Shown in pieces: positions 17,801 to 27,663 of a DNA stretch of 64,000 bases. Each line of letters opens with the position of its first letter. The stretch's first letter is position 1. Source of the DNA: Oceanispirochaeta sp. (lineage in GTDB: Bacteria; Spirochaetota; Spirochaetia; DSM-2461); NCBI GenBank assembly GCA_963663385.2, contig CAXXXD010000004.1, positions 896,001 through 960,000 of the forward strand. The letters run 5' to 3'. The position numbers were made by a program, and so were the translations under genes. The notes below the pieces were generated by a model, which was given only the letters and a program-made list of their open reading frames with translations, searched no databases and was not told the origin of the DNA.

Positions 17801-19450
17801 TCAGCGAACTGTCCTAAGTGCCTGGGCAATATTCAGGCAGTAATCACCGATCCTCTCAATATGGCGTACAATATCAAGATACAGCAATTCGCCCTTAATA
17901 TCAGCACCGCTTTTAAGGTTTTTTCGTACTTCTTTCTTCAGGGATTTTCTGGTTTTGTCAATCTTGTTTTCCAGCTCGTAAGCTTCAGCCAGCTGGTCCT
18001 TTTCCAGGTGTTCATTCATATGCTCCTTGATAAAAGCAAGGAACTGCTGAACCATCCGTGTATAGGGAACAACTTCCTGGATTGCCGTATCATGCAGGGG
18101 AATCTGTTTTTTATACCGTCTCCGGGAGAGGAGTATCAGGCTGTAGCAGCAGTCTCCGATACTTTCCAGTTCGTTGACGATACGCATCATGGCGCTCACA
18201 TTGCCCCGTCCGGCTTCATTCAGGTTCTCGGCTGAACAGCTGATGAGGAATTTTGTAATCTCCTCCTGCATCTGATCGCTGTAATCCTCCAGGTCCTTGA
18301 TTTCTTCAACCTGGGCTCCCATTTTCTTGTCTGGGTGTTTAAATACATCTACATAGATATTGAACATGTCCTCCACCACTTTCGTCATGTGAACCACTTC
18401 ACTCTGGGCTTTCATTATATTGATTTCAGGAATGTTCTGTATGGTGGATTCAATATAGGGCAGGGTGTATTTTTCCAGCCCCGTTTCATTCTTCCCGGGG
18501 GGGACCATTTTCTTGACAAGGTCGGCAATCTGGTTGACAAACCCGATAAATACAACTGTATTAAGGATATTGAACAGGGTATGGAACATGGCCAGGTGTG
18601 TTGTCACCTCGTTTCCGGGAACAATCAGATCCACCATCTTCAGGAAGGGGTTGAAAATAACAGTAACTACCGCAACTCCAGCTATATTAAAGAGAATATG
18701 AACCCGGGCGGCTCTTCTGGCGTTTACATTTGCTCCGATCGATGCCAGGAAGGCGTCGATTGTTGTTCCAATATTTGATCCCATTACCATGGCCGCAGCG
18801 GCTTCAAGGGGAAGCAGGCCATTGTGAGCCATGGTCAGGGTGATGGCCATGGAGGCGCTTGAAGAGTGGACTATAATGGTTATCAGGGCTCCTGCAAGAG
18901 TGAAAATCAGAATGGACAGAAATCCCCTGCCGGTAAAATTGCTGAGGAAATGTACGTTCTCGGAATCAAATTCAGGCATGGAGTGCTTCATAAAAGAGAG
19001 CCCCAGAAAGAGCACGCCGAATCCGATCATGAATTCACCCCAGTCCCGGCGTTTGCTGGATTTGGAAAAGTAGAGGGGCATACCCACACCAATGATAGGC
19101 AGAGCCATGGCGCTGATTTTAAATTTGAATCCAAGGAGAGATACGATCCACCCCGTAACAGTAGTACCGATATTCGCACCCATTATGATTCCGATGGACT
19201 GGGTCAGGTTCAAAAGCCCTGCATTAACAAAACTGACAACCATTACTGTTGTAGCCGATGAAGACTGTATGATTGCCGTAATTAGGAACCCTGTGAGAAC
19301 AGCCATAAACCGGTTGGCTGTAATATGGTTCAGTGTTTTCTGCAGGCCTTCTCCAGCCGCCTTCTGAATCCCTTCGCTCATAATCTTCATTCCGAAAAGG
19401 AAGAGCCCGAGGGAGCCGATAATTTCCATAATTGTCGAGATATAGACCAT
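17801..19450 (-). CDS. Na+/Pi cotransporter family protein with a PhoU-like C-terminal domain
   Basis: IIQSSSATT, GANIGTT, VHSSSAS, GSNIGTT; PhoU-like ELESIGD and HIERIGDYCLNI. Confidence 0.92.
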   Translation of the reverse strand: MVYISTIMEIIGSLGLFLFGMKIMSEGIQKAAGEGLQKTLNHITANRFMAVLTGFLITAIIQSSSATTVMVVSFVNAGLLNLTQSIGIIMGANIGTTVTGWIVSLLGFKFKISAMALPIIGVGMPLYFSKSSKRRDWGEFMIGFGVLFLGLSFMKHSMPEFDSENVHFLSNFTGRGFLSILIFTLAGALITIIVHSSSASMAITLTMAHNGLLPLEAAAAMVMGSNIGTTIDAFLASIGANVNARRAARVHILFNIAGVAVVTVIFNPFLKMVDLIVPGNEVTTHLAMFHTLFNILNTVVFIGFVNQIADLVKKMVPPGKNETGLEKYTLPYIESTIQNIPEINIMKAQSEVVHMTKVVEDMFNIYVDVFKHPDKKMGAQVEEIKDLEDYSDQMQEEITKFLISCSAENLNEAGRGNVSAMMRIVNELESIGDCCYSLILLSRRRYKKQIPLHDTAIQEVVPYTRMVQQFLAFIKEHMNEHLEKDQLAEAYELENKIDKTRKSLKKEVRKNLKSGADIKGELLYLDIVRHIERIGDYCLNIAQALRTVR

Positions 19451-19595
19451 TCTTTGGTTTTCTCCTGATTAGTTGCTTTCTATTTGAAATTTGAGAATAG
19501 TTTACAAAATTGATCTCTATCTAAACAAGGATGATCAGACGAAAAAATAACAAAATAATAACAGAATCAAGTGAGAATCCTGATTTTGCACGACT

Positions 19596-20420
19596 TCACT
19601 TTTTTCTTTTCCGGAAAACTGCAAATATACCTAATCCCAATAGTGTAAAGAAATAGGGAAAACTGAGGATCAGGGATGAAGGGATGTGGAGGCTTCCCTG
19701 GGCTTTATTGGCCATAGCTTCCGCCGCAGTAAACAGCAGGCAGGCCGCAGTAATCCCCGGTACTTTCCTGTAGCCCAGATAGATAGCAACTAAAGCAATC
19801 CAGCCCTTCCCGGCAGACATGCCCGGGACATAGGCTCCCAGCCTGAGGGAAAGAGCGGCTCCCGCTGTTCCGGATAATACACCCGAAAGCAGAACCGTCA
19901 GGGTTTGGACTTTTACGGGGGATATCCCCCTGCTCCGAAGCAGGTCCGCCTGATCTCCGGAGGCACGGAGAGTTATCCCCGGATAGCTTCTGTAGAGAAA
20001 TATTATAACCAGAACGGCTGTAATAAGGGTTCCCGCCGTAAAAATGTCCAGTCCTCCCAGGTTCGGGAGAGAGAAATTCATATCCAGTCTCAGGATACCC
20101 TGATTCCCGTAGGCTTTCTGGGAAAACGAGGCAATCAGAGCGGGCATGAGGATGTTTATGCCCAATCCGGTTATAAAAATATTGCCTTTCAACCGGAAGC
20201 TGGTATAACTGAAGAGGGTCGCCGTGCACAGTCCGGCCAGGGCCGCGGCCAGGGTTCCGGACAGCAGGCTTCCCGTCGCATCTGCAACAGCCGTTGCTGT
20301 AAAGGCTCCGGTCAGTATCATCCCTTCCAGGGCGATATTCAGGACTCCCGCCAGTTCGGTCAGCAGGCCGCCTATGGCCGCCAGCAGGAGAGGCGCCGCC
20401 CCATTCAGTATATTAATCAC
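19596..20420 (-). CDS. ABC transporter permease, nucleoside/sugar (BMP-associated) type
   Basis: PLLLAAIGGLLTELAGVLNIALEG, AGKGWIALVA, FPYFFTL. Confidence 0.88.
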   Translation of the reverse strand: MINILNGAAPLLLAAIGGLLTELAGVLNIALEGMILTGAFTATAVADATGSLLSGTLAAALAGLCTATLFSYTSFRLKGNIFITGLGINILMPALIASFSQKAYGNQGILRLDMNFSLPNLGGLDIFTAGTLITAVLVIIFLYRSYPGITLRASGDQADLLRSRGISPVKVQTLTVLLSGVLSGTAGAALSLRLGAYVPGMSAGKGWIALVAIYLGYRKVPGITAACLLFTAAEAMANKAQGSLHIPSSLILSFPYFFTLLGLGIFAVFRKRKK

Positions 20421-21447
20421 GGCGGAGTCTCCTCTTTTTCAGAATCGTTCTCAGGGTTCCCGAGGATATAAGAAGAAACAGAATCCCCTGGATAATGCTT
20501 CCCAGTTCCAGTGAGAGGTCTGACTGAAGGGTGGCCAGTCTGGCCCCCTGGGTCATCCAGGAGAAAAACAGGACGGCGGGAATCAGAAAAAGAGGGTTCC
20601 GGGACGCAATAAGGGCCACGGCTATACCATTCCAGCCCAGTCCCCCGGTAAACCCCAGAATCCCGGCGAAGTAGGTTCCCGAAACAGCAACAGCCCCCGC
20701 CAATCCGTGAAGAGCTCCGCTTATGCTTAGGGGAAGGGTGTCATATATACCCAGGTTCAGCCCTCCAAAGCGTGCAAATTCCCTGTTGTAACCAATCATC
20801 CGCAGTTCGTACCCGCTGCGCGAGTGGTGCAGATAGAAGTAGCAGAGAGGGACCAGCAGAAGAACCAGAAGATAGGATATATTAAAATGGCTGGGCGGGA
20901 GCAGGGAAGGCAGCCTGTACTGTTCCGGGATTTCCATTGTTTTTATAAGATAACTGTCGGGATTGCTGAGGGGCCCCAGTATCAGATAATCCATTATTTT
21001 GCTGATTCCGGCAGACAGCAGAAACGTGCTGATCAGTTCATCCACCTGCCACCGGGATTTCATTACCCCTGATACGGCTGACAGGAGCGCACCTGTCAAG
21101 GCTCCCGTCAGGATCATCCAGCTGATACCGGCGGCTGCCGGAAGATGAGGGAACAGGCGGGCTGCCGCAATGGCCGACATGGCGCCGAGGTAAACCTGTC
21201 CTTCTCCTCCCAGATTGAAAGACCCCGCATTGAAGGCCATGATAATCCCAAGCCCCGTCAGGCTGAGCAGGACGGAATAGTTCAGGAAGTCTCCCAGATA
21301 AAGGCTGTTCCCGAATAATCCCGGGAAAAAATAGTAGAGGGTTTCTGCCGGTTCGGAACTGAAGAGGAGGATAAGGGTTGTGGCTGCGCACAGGCAGATA
21401 AACAGAATGACAAAAACGCCGGGTATCCCGTGTTTCATATTTTTCAT
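20413..21447 (-). CDS. ABC transporter permease, nucleoside/sugar type
   Basis: FNLGGEGQ, GYELRMIGYN..FARFGG, GLGWNGIAVAL; ATGA overlap with the ATPase stop. Confidence 0.88.
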   Translation of the reverse strand: MKNMKHGIPGVFVILFICLCAATTLILLFSSEPAETLYYFFPGLFGNSLYLGDFLNYSVLLSLTGLGIIMAFNAGSFNLGGEGQVYLGAMSAIAAARLFPHLPAAAGISWMILTGALTGALLSAVSGVMKSRWQVDELISTFLLSAGISKIMDYLILGPLSNPDSYLIKTMEIPEQYRLPSLLPPSHFNISYLLVLLLVPLCYFYLHHSRSGYELRMIGYNREFARFGGLNLGIYDTLPLSISGALHGLAGAVAVSGTYFAGILGFTGGLGWNGIAVALIASRNPLFLIPAVLFFSWMTQGARLATLQSDLSLELGSIIQGILFLLISSGTLRTILKKRRLRRD

Positions 21448-22940
21448 AGACGGTCCGCTCCGGTCATGCATTCACCGATTGTTTTTCTGGTCCATTCTTC
21501 TCCCGTGGAAGGTGTTTCCGTTAATTCTCCGGCTGTCAGTATGCCTATCCTGTCCGATAGAAGCAGCAGTTCGTCAATATCTGTTGTCAGAAGCAGGACC
21601 GCAGATCCTTCTTCTCTTGATTTGAGTATCTGCTGATGCAGTTTCTCCCGGCTGGCAAAATCCAGCCCCCAGCTCGGTTCGGAGATGATAAGAAGAGAGG
21701 GGGCTTCGTACATCTCTCTTGTCAGGATCATTTTCTGAATGTTCCCGCCCGACAGGGTACGGGCAGGTTGATCGGGATGCCCTTTTATGTCGCTTTTTCG
21801 TATAAGGTTTCCCGCCCATATGAGCAGGGCTTTTCTGTAGCTCCCGGATTTGCCGCTGAATTTCTTTTTTAACAGGATCAGGTTTTCTCCAAGAGTCGAG
21901 TCCAGGCTGGCGCCCCGGGTAAGGCGATCCGCCGGTATATAGGATATCCCGTGTCTGCGCAGGCGAAAAGGGGTCAGATACGGCATTGGCCTGCTGTTAA
22001 GCAGAATGCTGCCTCTGCGGGGCCGGATAGCTCCGGTAATAAGGTCTTCCAGGTGTTCCAGTCCGTTTTCCCGTATTCCTCCTATTCCCAATATCTCTCC
22101 GGAACGGAGCTCCAGGTTGAGATTTTTCAGTCTGGGACTTCCCTGTTCCGAGTAGGAAATATCCTGAAGCGCCAGTATGGGATTACTCTCCGGATCGGGA
22201 ACAGATCTCCTTCGTTTCAGGGGAACTCCCATCTCTCGGCCGCTGCCGATCATGGCAGCTGACAGCTCATTCGGCTGTATCTCCCCGATACCGCAGACTT
22301 TCACAAGAGATCCCTTTCTGATTACGGCAACCCTGTCGGCCAGAGCATAGGTCTCGCTGATTTTGTGTGTAATATAGATAATTGTACGGCCCTCTTTTTT
22401 TAAAAGCCGTATCAGATCTGAAAGTTCTTCTGTCTGCTGCTCCGATAAACTGGCGCTTGGTTCATCAAAAACAAGGATATCCCTGTTCAGGAGGAGGCTT
22501 TCCAGCAGTTCGGCACGCTGAATCTGAGCTCCCGTCAAATCGCCTGCTCTACTGTTTAAATCAAGGGGGAGATTGTACTGCTTCTGTATGTTCTGAATCT
22601 TCCCGATAATGCGCCGCGGGTTCAGAAAGAGATCGCCACTGGCATGTCCAAGGGCAATGTTTTCCCATACAGTAAGGTTTCTTGCCAGGATGGGTTTCTG
22701 ATGGATCATGCCGACAGAACTGCCTTCCCCCAGAGTAAACGTTCCGCCGTCAGGAGTCAGTAATCCGGATAGTATGTGCATAAGAGTCGATTTTCCTGCA
22801 CCATTCTCTCCCATCAGGGCCAGAATCTCCCCTGCATAAACAGAGAGGCTTATCCTGTTGCAGGCTTTAATTTTGTTATCCGCAAATTCCTTGCTGATCT
22901 CTTTTAGCTCAATGCGGCAGGGAGAGGATTGGAATGACAC
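21444..22940 (-). CDS. ABC transporter ATP-binding protein with two NBDs (CUT2 type)
   Basis: GENGAGKST, FDEPS, LSGGNIQK, EPSWGLD. Confidence 0.92.
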   Translation of the reverse strand: MSFQSSPCRIELKEISKEFADNKIKACNRISLSVYAGEILALMGENGAGKSTLMHILSGLLTPDGGTFTLGEGSSVGMIHQKPILARNLTVWENIALGHASGDLFLNPRRIIGKIQNIQKQYNLPLDLNSRAGDLTGAQIQRAELLESLLLNRDILVFDEPSASLSEQQTEELSDLIRLLKKEGRTIIYITHKISETYALADRVAVIRKGSLVKVCGIGEIQPNELSAAMIGSGREMGVPLKRRRSVPDPESNPILALQDISYSEQGSPRLKNLNLELRSGEILGIGGIRENGLEHLEDLITGAIRPRRGSILLNSRPMPYLTPFRLRRHGISYIPADRLTRGASLDSTLGENLILLKKKFSGKSGSYRKALLIWAGNLIRKSDIKGHPDQPARTLSGGNIQKMILTREMYEAPSLLIISEPSWGLDFASREKLHQQILKSREEGSAVLLLTTDIDELLLLSDRIGILTAGELTETPSTGEEWTRKTIGECMTGADRL

Positions 22941-22943
22941 TGA

Positions 22944-23969
22944 CTATCTCAGCTGCAGCTGTCCGTCTTTAAACTGATTGACCAGGGCATCCTGCTTTTT
23001 CCGAATCTCTTCAGGTACATTGTTTTTGTACAGGTCATCGTCGCTGATAAAATCGAGGAATCCCTCTCTGACACCGGCATAACTTGAGGATCCTGCCGGA
23101 AGTTCGCCTTTCAAAGCCAGAAGAGTCTGTTCGTATGCTGCCTTATCCTCTCTGATAAGACCGCTGCCGATGACTGTTCCGGGTTCCAGGGCATAACCGT
23201 TGGTATCGTACCATAAGACATATTTACCGGCATTTTTAGCTGCCGATATAACACCCTGATTGGCCCCTCCCGCAATTGTCAGAATAACATCAACTCCCGC
23301 CTCTATCATGCTTTCGGTCAGATCGGATGCTTTGGTCGCGTCGTACCAGTTCCCAATGACCCGGAAATCCAGTTCCGCTCCGGGAGCCGCAGCCGTCAAG
23401 CCCTGAATGAATCCGGGTCTGATCTTCTGATTCATCTCGGGATATTCCTGACCGGCTATCAGTCCGATCTTAAGATCAGCATTGGCTCCTTCCATGGTGG
23501 ATTGTGTGACCAGTCCGGCAAAGTAGCCAAGCATATAGGAAAGTTCCAGGTGGCTGAAAAGGAAGGTCGATACCGTGTCGTTTTCGATTCGGCTTCCTTC
23601 CAGGATCAGAAAATCCTGATCCGGGTATGTTTTCTTCACTTCCCGGCAGATTTCGGGCATGGCAGGATTGGATGTGATAATCAAATCGTATTTTTTCTCA
23701 GCGGCCAGAGCCAGTACCTGAGATCCCCATTCCGCCTGATTAAAACCGCCTTCTACAGTTTTTACAGTAGCGTCTTTTTCTTCCGCCGCCTTTCTGACAC
23801 CCTTGTCCATCATTTCATATGTGGGGCTGCCGGCCAGAACTCCGGGAACAAAAACAGCCAACCCTGATATTTCACTCTTTTCGGGGCCTTTCTGTTTTGA
23901 ACAGCCTGTTACAAACAATACGCTCCCTATTAGGATAAGGATAAGGGGAAGGGAAGATTTTCCTGACAT
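22944..23969 (-). CDS. BMP family ABC substrate-binding lipoprotein
   Basis: Lipobox FVTGC; IGNWYDATKA, GVDVILTIAGGANQGV. Confidence 0.88.
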   Translation of the reverse strand: MSGKSSLPLILILIGSVLFVTGCSKQKGPEKSEISGLAVFVPGVLAGSPTYEMMDKGVRKAAEEKDATVKTVEGGFNQAEWGSQVLALAAEKKYDLIITSNPAMPEICREVKKTYPDQDFLILEGSRIENDTVSTFLFSHLELSYMLGYFAGLVTQSTMEGANADLKIGLIAGQEYPEMNQKIRPGFIQGLTAAAPGAELDFRVIGNWYDATKASDLTESMIEAGVDVILTIAGGANQGVISAAKNAGKYVLWYDTNGYALEPGTVIGSGLIREDKAAYEQTLLALKGELPAGSSSYAGVREGFLDFISDDDLYKNNVPEEIRKKQDALVNQFKDGQLQLR

Positions 23970-24095
23970 GCTATTTCTCCTCGGCTTTTTTGCAGCCTTT
24001 ATTCTTTCTATTTAATAATAACGAAAACTGAATTAGTCGGCAAATTATGAATGATTCAATCCATAGGGTAAAGTCCTTATCCGTCTCTATTCTTA

Positions 24096-24125
24096 TTGAC
24101 CCCGCGAAAAAGGGTGTGATATGTT
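24096..24125 (+). promoter_or_regulatory. Sigma70-like promoter of prs
   Basis: TTGACC-N18-TATGTT with a TGn extension. Confidence 0.45.
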
Positions 24126-24161
24126 TTTAGAAAATTAAAATTAAACTTATAAGGATGTTAA

Positions 24162-25397
24162 ATGAGCTTTTCAAAACCGACCTCTCTCGGTGTGATAGCA
24201 TGTCCCGGTGGCGAATCCTTCGCAAATGAGATTACCTCTCATCTGAAGACAATTTACCGGAGAAGGTTTGATAAAAAAGTAAGTTACATTTCCCGTCTCT
24301 ACAATATGGATAGAGAGGAGGTGTATAAGCAGGCGAATTTTTCAAGTGATATTATTTCTCACAGGGTTACGGGAGTTGGCGATGGGGCCAGTTACCGCAG
24401 CCCTTCGTTTAAAATCCCCTGCAAGACTACACGTTTTGCAAATGGCGAAATTAAAACAGAAATTCTGAGATCCATCAGAGGGATGGATATCTATATAGTT
24501 CAGGATGTTGCCAATAATAATCCTGTTCGTTTTTTCGGGTCCGATGAAGAGGTTGTCTGTTCTGTCAACGATCACCTGATGAATCTGTTTGTTACCATTG
24601 ACGCGGCTTTTCAGTCAGGAGCCAGAAGGGTTTCTCTTGTTACCCCCACTTATCCCTACAGCCGGCAGCATAAATCAAAAGGCAGGGAAGGGCTTACCGC
24701 TTCAACTCTTGGACGTATTTTTGAAAATATGGGAATCGAACGGATTATCACACTGGATATCCATTCCAAGGAAATCTCACACAGTTTTCAGAAGCTCTCT
24801 CTCGAAAATCTTCATGCCTCCTATCAGATTCTCCGTCAGTTAAGCGGGAATATCAATCTTATTGAAGAAGATCTGGTGGTCGTGTCTCCCGATACGGGGG
24901 CCATCGAACGGAACAAATTCTACGCTAATTCACTGAAGAAGCCCCTGGCTCTTCTCTATAAGGAGCGGGACTACTCCAAGTTGACCCGCAGCGCATCCGA
25001 TTCCAATATTACGTCTGCCAGGTTACTGGGAGATGTAAAAGACAAAACGGTCTTTATTGCTGATGATATGCTGGGAACCGGCGGAACCCTGATCAAGGCC
25101 ATGAAGCTGATCAGGGAGATGGGTGCCAGAAAGATAATCTGTTCAGTCTCTCTTCCCATGTTCTCGGGCGATGCTGTACAGCACTTTGATGAGGCCTACA
25201 ACGAAGGGTACTTCGATTATATTGTCGGAACCAACGCTGTGACTCTTCCCGATGAGATACTGGATAAAGAATGGTTTTTCTCAGCCAGTGTTTCCAATCT
25301 TTTTGCCCGTGCCATCTCCCGGGTTCATCATAACAGATCGGTTTCTCCTCTTCTGGATAATAGTAAAATGATTCAGAGGATGCTGAAAAAGAGGTAG
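24162..25397 (+). CDS. prs: Ribose-phosphate pyrophosphokinase, long form
   Basis: RFANGEIK, YPYSRQ, LDIHS, VSPDTGA, DDMLGTGGT. Confidence 0.92.
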   Translation: MSFSKPTSLGVIACPGGESFANEITSHLKTIYRRRFDKKVSYISRLYNMDREEVYKQANFSSDIISHRVTGVGDGASYRSPSFKIPCKTTRFANGEIKTEILRSIRGMDIYIVQDVANNNPVRFFGSDEEVVCSVNDHLMNLFVTIDAAFQSGARRVSLVTPTYPYSRQHKSKGREGLTASTLGRIFENMGIERIITLDIHSKEISHSFQKLSLENLHASYQILRQLSGNINLIEEDLVVVSPDTGAIERNKFYANSLKKPLALLYKERDYSKLTRSASDSNITSARLLGDVKDKTVFIADDMLGTGGTLIKAMKLIREMGARKIICSVSLPMFSGDAVQHFDEAYNEGYFDYIVGTNAVTLPDEILDKEWFFSASVSNLFARAISRVHHNRSVSPLLDNSKMIQRMLKKR

Positions 25398-25400
25398 TCC

Positions 25401-26780
25401 TTGATTCTAGCTGTAGATGTCGGCACCTCTTCCATGAAGGGCGGCCTGATAAGTGATGAGGGATACCTTTTTTCCTATCACAGAGTGAAATTCCCTTCCG
25501 AATCCCTGGCTGAGCCGGGGATTTTTCAGGCCAGGCTCTGGTTGGAGGGGTTCCTTGAGATTCTGGAAGCGGTCGGTACGGATAAAGTGAGCGCTGTCGC
25601 CATAAGCGGAAACGGCCCGACCATGGTTCCGGTAGGAGCCGATGGCAAAGCCCTGGGGTCTGTTCTCATGTGGCATTTCAATCAGAGTGAATATGTAGAG
25701 CAGACATCTTCCTATTATCTGCCCAAAGTGTGCTGGCTTAAAAAGAACGAACCGGAGATCTATGATTCGGCTTCCCTTTTTCTGTCCTGTCCGGAATTCC
25801 TTATGTACCAGATCACCGGAAAAGCCGTTATGGTCACCCCTCACGACGGATTCCTTCCTTTTGTATGGGATGATGCCGTTCTCGGGCGTCTGGATCTGAA
25901 AAAGGAGGCTTTCCCGGAAATTGTTAGAATGGGGTCCCTGGCCGGAAGGGTTTCCTCCTCCTCTCTTTTGAAAACCCCTCTGAAAAACGGTACACCGGTG
26001 GTTGCCTGCGGTTCGGATTTTATGGCATCCCTGATAGGTACGGGTGCGGTTTATCCGGGTCGGATATGCGACAGAGCCGGAACATCCGAGGGAATAAACT
26101 ACTGTTCTTCAGCCCCCCTCAAAAGCCCCTATCTGCGGGAGCTGCCCCATGCTGTTGAGGGTCTGGTCAATATTTCGGCAATTCTCTCCTCCACCGGCAG
26201 CCTTTTTGAGTGGTACAGGCAGCTGACAGGACAGGAAAATTTTCAGTACCATCAAACGATGGAGGGTGTCCGCCGTATCTCTCCCCTGCAGGATCATCCC
26301 GTGTTTTATCCGAATATAAAAGAGGGACTGCTGTGGGAGTTTTCCAACGGGATGATAACAGGTCTGGATCCCGGACAGGGGAAGTATGAACTGGGGCGGG
26401 CTGTAATGGAAGCGATCGGTTTTGCAGTCCGGCGGAGTCTGGATATTTTCGAGTCCCTTGCGTTGCCTGTGAATGAACTGAGAATCTCGGGCGGCCAGGG
26501 TAAGAGTCGGGTGTGGAATCAGATGAAGGCGGATATTACGGGTAAAACCATATTGATACCCGAAGTGGAGGATGCGGAACTGCTGGGCAATGCCTGTCTG
26601 GCTTCCGTAGCGCTGGGGCGTTACCGAAGTATTGTTTCCGCCTCTGATGCGCTGGTACAGATTAAGCATGAGATCAGACCGAGCAAAAAAAATCATCAGA
26701 TTTATGATGAAAAATATAAACGGTACAGAGATCATTGCACTGCTGTTTTATCTTTTTATCATAATTCTCCCGGTGTTTGA
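25401..26780 (+). CDS. FGGY-family carbohydrate kinase (xylulokinase-like)
   Basis: LAVDVGTSSMKG, GSDF, AGTS, RAVMEAIGF, SGGQGKSRVWNQMKADITG. Confidence 0.85.
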   Translation: MILAVDVGTSSMKGGLISDEGYLFSYHRVKFPSESLAEPGIFQARLWLEGFLEILEAVGTDKVSAVAISGNGPTMVPVGADGKALGSVLMWHFNQSEYVEQTSSYYLPKVCWLKKNEPEIYDSASLFLSCPEFLMYQITGKAVMVTPHDGFLPFVWDDAVLGRLDLKKEAFPEIVRMGSLAGRVSSSSLLKTPLKNGTPVVACGSDFMASLIGTGAVYPGRICDRAGTSEGINYCSSAPLKSPYLRELPHAVEGLVNISAILSSTGSLFEWYRQLTGQENFQYHQTMEGVRRISPLQDHPVFYPNIKEGLLWEFSNGMITGLDPGQGKYELGRAVMEAIGFAVRRSLDIFESLALPVNELRISGGQGKSRVWNQMKADITGKTILIPEVEDAELLGNACLASVALGRYRSIVSASDALVQIKHEIRPSKKNHQIYDEKYKRYRDHCTAVLSFYHNSPGV

Positions 26781-26892
26781 AGACCCGATTAATTGCAAGT
26801 CCTTCAGTGACAATGAAAATGGTATAAATGTTTGATGTATAGTGAAATATTATTTGGTATAAATATTGCGTACCTTTTTTTGAAAAAAGCTG

Positions 26893-26921
26893 TTGACAAA
26901 AAAAAAGCATTTTGGTATTTT
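26893..26921 (+). promoter_or_regulatory. Sigma70 promoter of the tRNA/ribosomal supercluster
   Basis: TTGACA-N17-TATTTT with a TGn extended -10 and an A/T-rich upstream region. Confidence 0.75.
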
Positions 26922-26941
26922 ACATGAGCATTTCGCACAGT

Positions 26942-27014
26942 GCCTCTGTAGCTCAGTCGGTAGAGTACGACCATGGTAAGGTTGGGGTCACCGGTTCAAG
27001 TCCGGTCGGAGGCT
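26942..27014 (+). tRNA. tRNA-Thr(GGT)
   Basis: Acceptor GCCTCTG/CGGAGGC; anticodon arm CGACC-ATGGTAA-GGTTG; T loop GGTTCAAGTCC; CCA not encoded. Confidence 0.95.
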
Positions 27015-27073
27015 GTAATAACATTTTTCTAAGACGGCTTTTTGAATAGAGCTTTTTCAGGTGGGAGTTTAGG

Positions 27074-27250
27074 ATGGCTAAAAGTAAAAAAGGTGCAGTT
27101 GAATTGGTAGCTCTTCAGTGCACAACTTGCAAGAGAAAAAATTATACAACTACAAAAAACAGAAGGAATGTTCAGGGGAAACTTGAGTTTAAAAAATACT
27201 GCAAGTGGTGTAAAACCTCTACTGAACACAAAGAGACAAAGATTAAATAG
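27074..27250 (+). CDS. rpmG: 50S ribosomal protein L33, zinc-binding form (not in ORF track)
   Basis: MAKSKKGAVELVALQCTTCKRKNYTTTKN..KKYCKWCK..HKETKIK. Confidence 0.95.
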   Translation: MAKSKKGAVELVALQCTTCKRKNYTTTKNRRNVQGKLEFKKYCKWCKTSTEHKETKIK

Positions 27251-27259
27251 GTATTTTAC

Positions 27260-27333
27260 AGGCCAGTAGCTCCAATGGCTAGAGCGCCGGTCTCCAAAAC
27301 CGGATGTTGTAGGTTCGAGTCCTACCTGGCCTG
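27260..27333 (+). tRNA. tRNA-Trp(CCA)
   Basis: Acceptor AGGCCAG/CTGGCCT; anticodon arm CCGGT-CTCCAAA-ACCGG; GGTTCGAGTCC. Confidence 0.95.
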
Positions 27334-27408
27334 TATTTTTATATTTTAAAGCAGAAAGCAAGATTCTCCGACCCCTGGTCGGAGTTTGTTCGTCTTTCTG
27401 GAAAGTAG

Positions 27409-27440
27409 AAAAGCATCGGTAAAAGAACCGGTGTTTTTTT
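27409..27440 (+). terminator. Terminator-like hairpin upstream of secE
   Basis: AAAAGCATCGGT-AAAAGA-ACCGGTG followed by a T7 run. Confidence 0.55.
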
Positions 27441-27456
27441 AAACCGGGAGCTTATT

Positions 27457-27636
27457 ATGAAAAAAATAAAGGCTTTTTTCACGGAAAGCTACGGAGAGTT
27501 GAGAAAAGTTGTTTGGCCCAGCAGAGATTCTGTTGCTTCTTCAACCAAGGTTGTTTTGGTTTCGACTGTTCTTTTTGCTCTCTTTTTTGGTGTTGTTGAC
27601 TTCCTGCTGGTGAAAGGACTCTTCTTTATTTTTTAA
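27457..27636 (+). CDS. secE: Preprotein translocase subunit SecE (not in ORF track)
   Basis: ELRKVVWPSR plus a single TM ending VD; located before nusG. Confidence 0.93.
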   Translation: MKKIKAFFTESYGELRKVVWPSRDSVASSTKVVLVSTVLFALFFGVVDFLLVKGLFFIF

Positions 27637-27663
27637 TCAGTCTGAATTGGCAAAGGAATAATT

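Noticed and set aside
24033..24062. GCCGACTA on the minus strand upstream of the BMP operon as a sigma28 promoter
   Set aside because: The -10 is mismatched and there is no TAAA-like -35 at N15-16.
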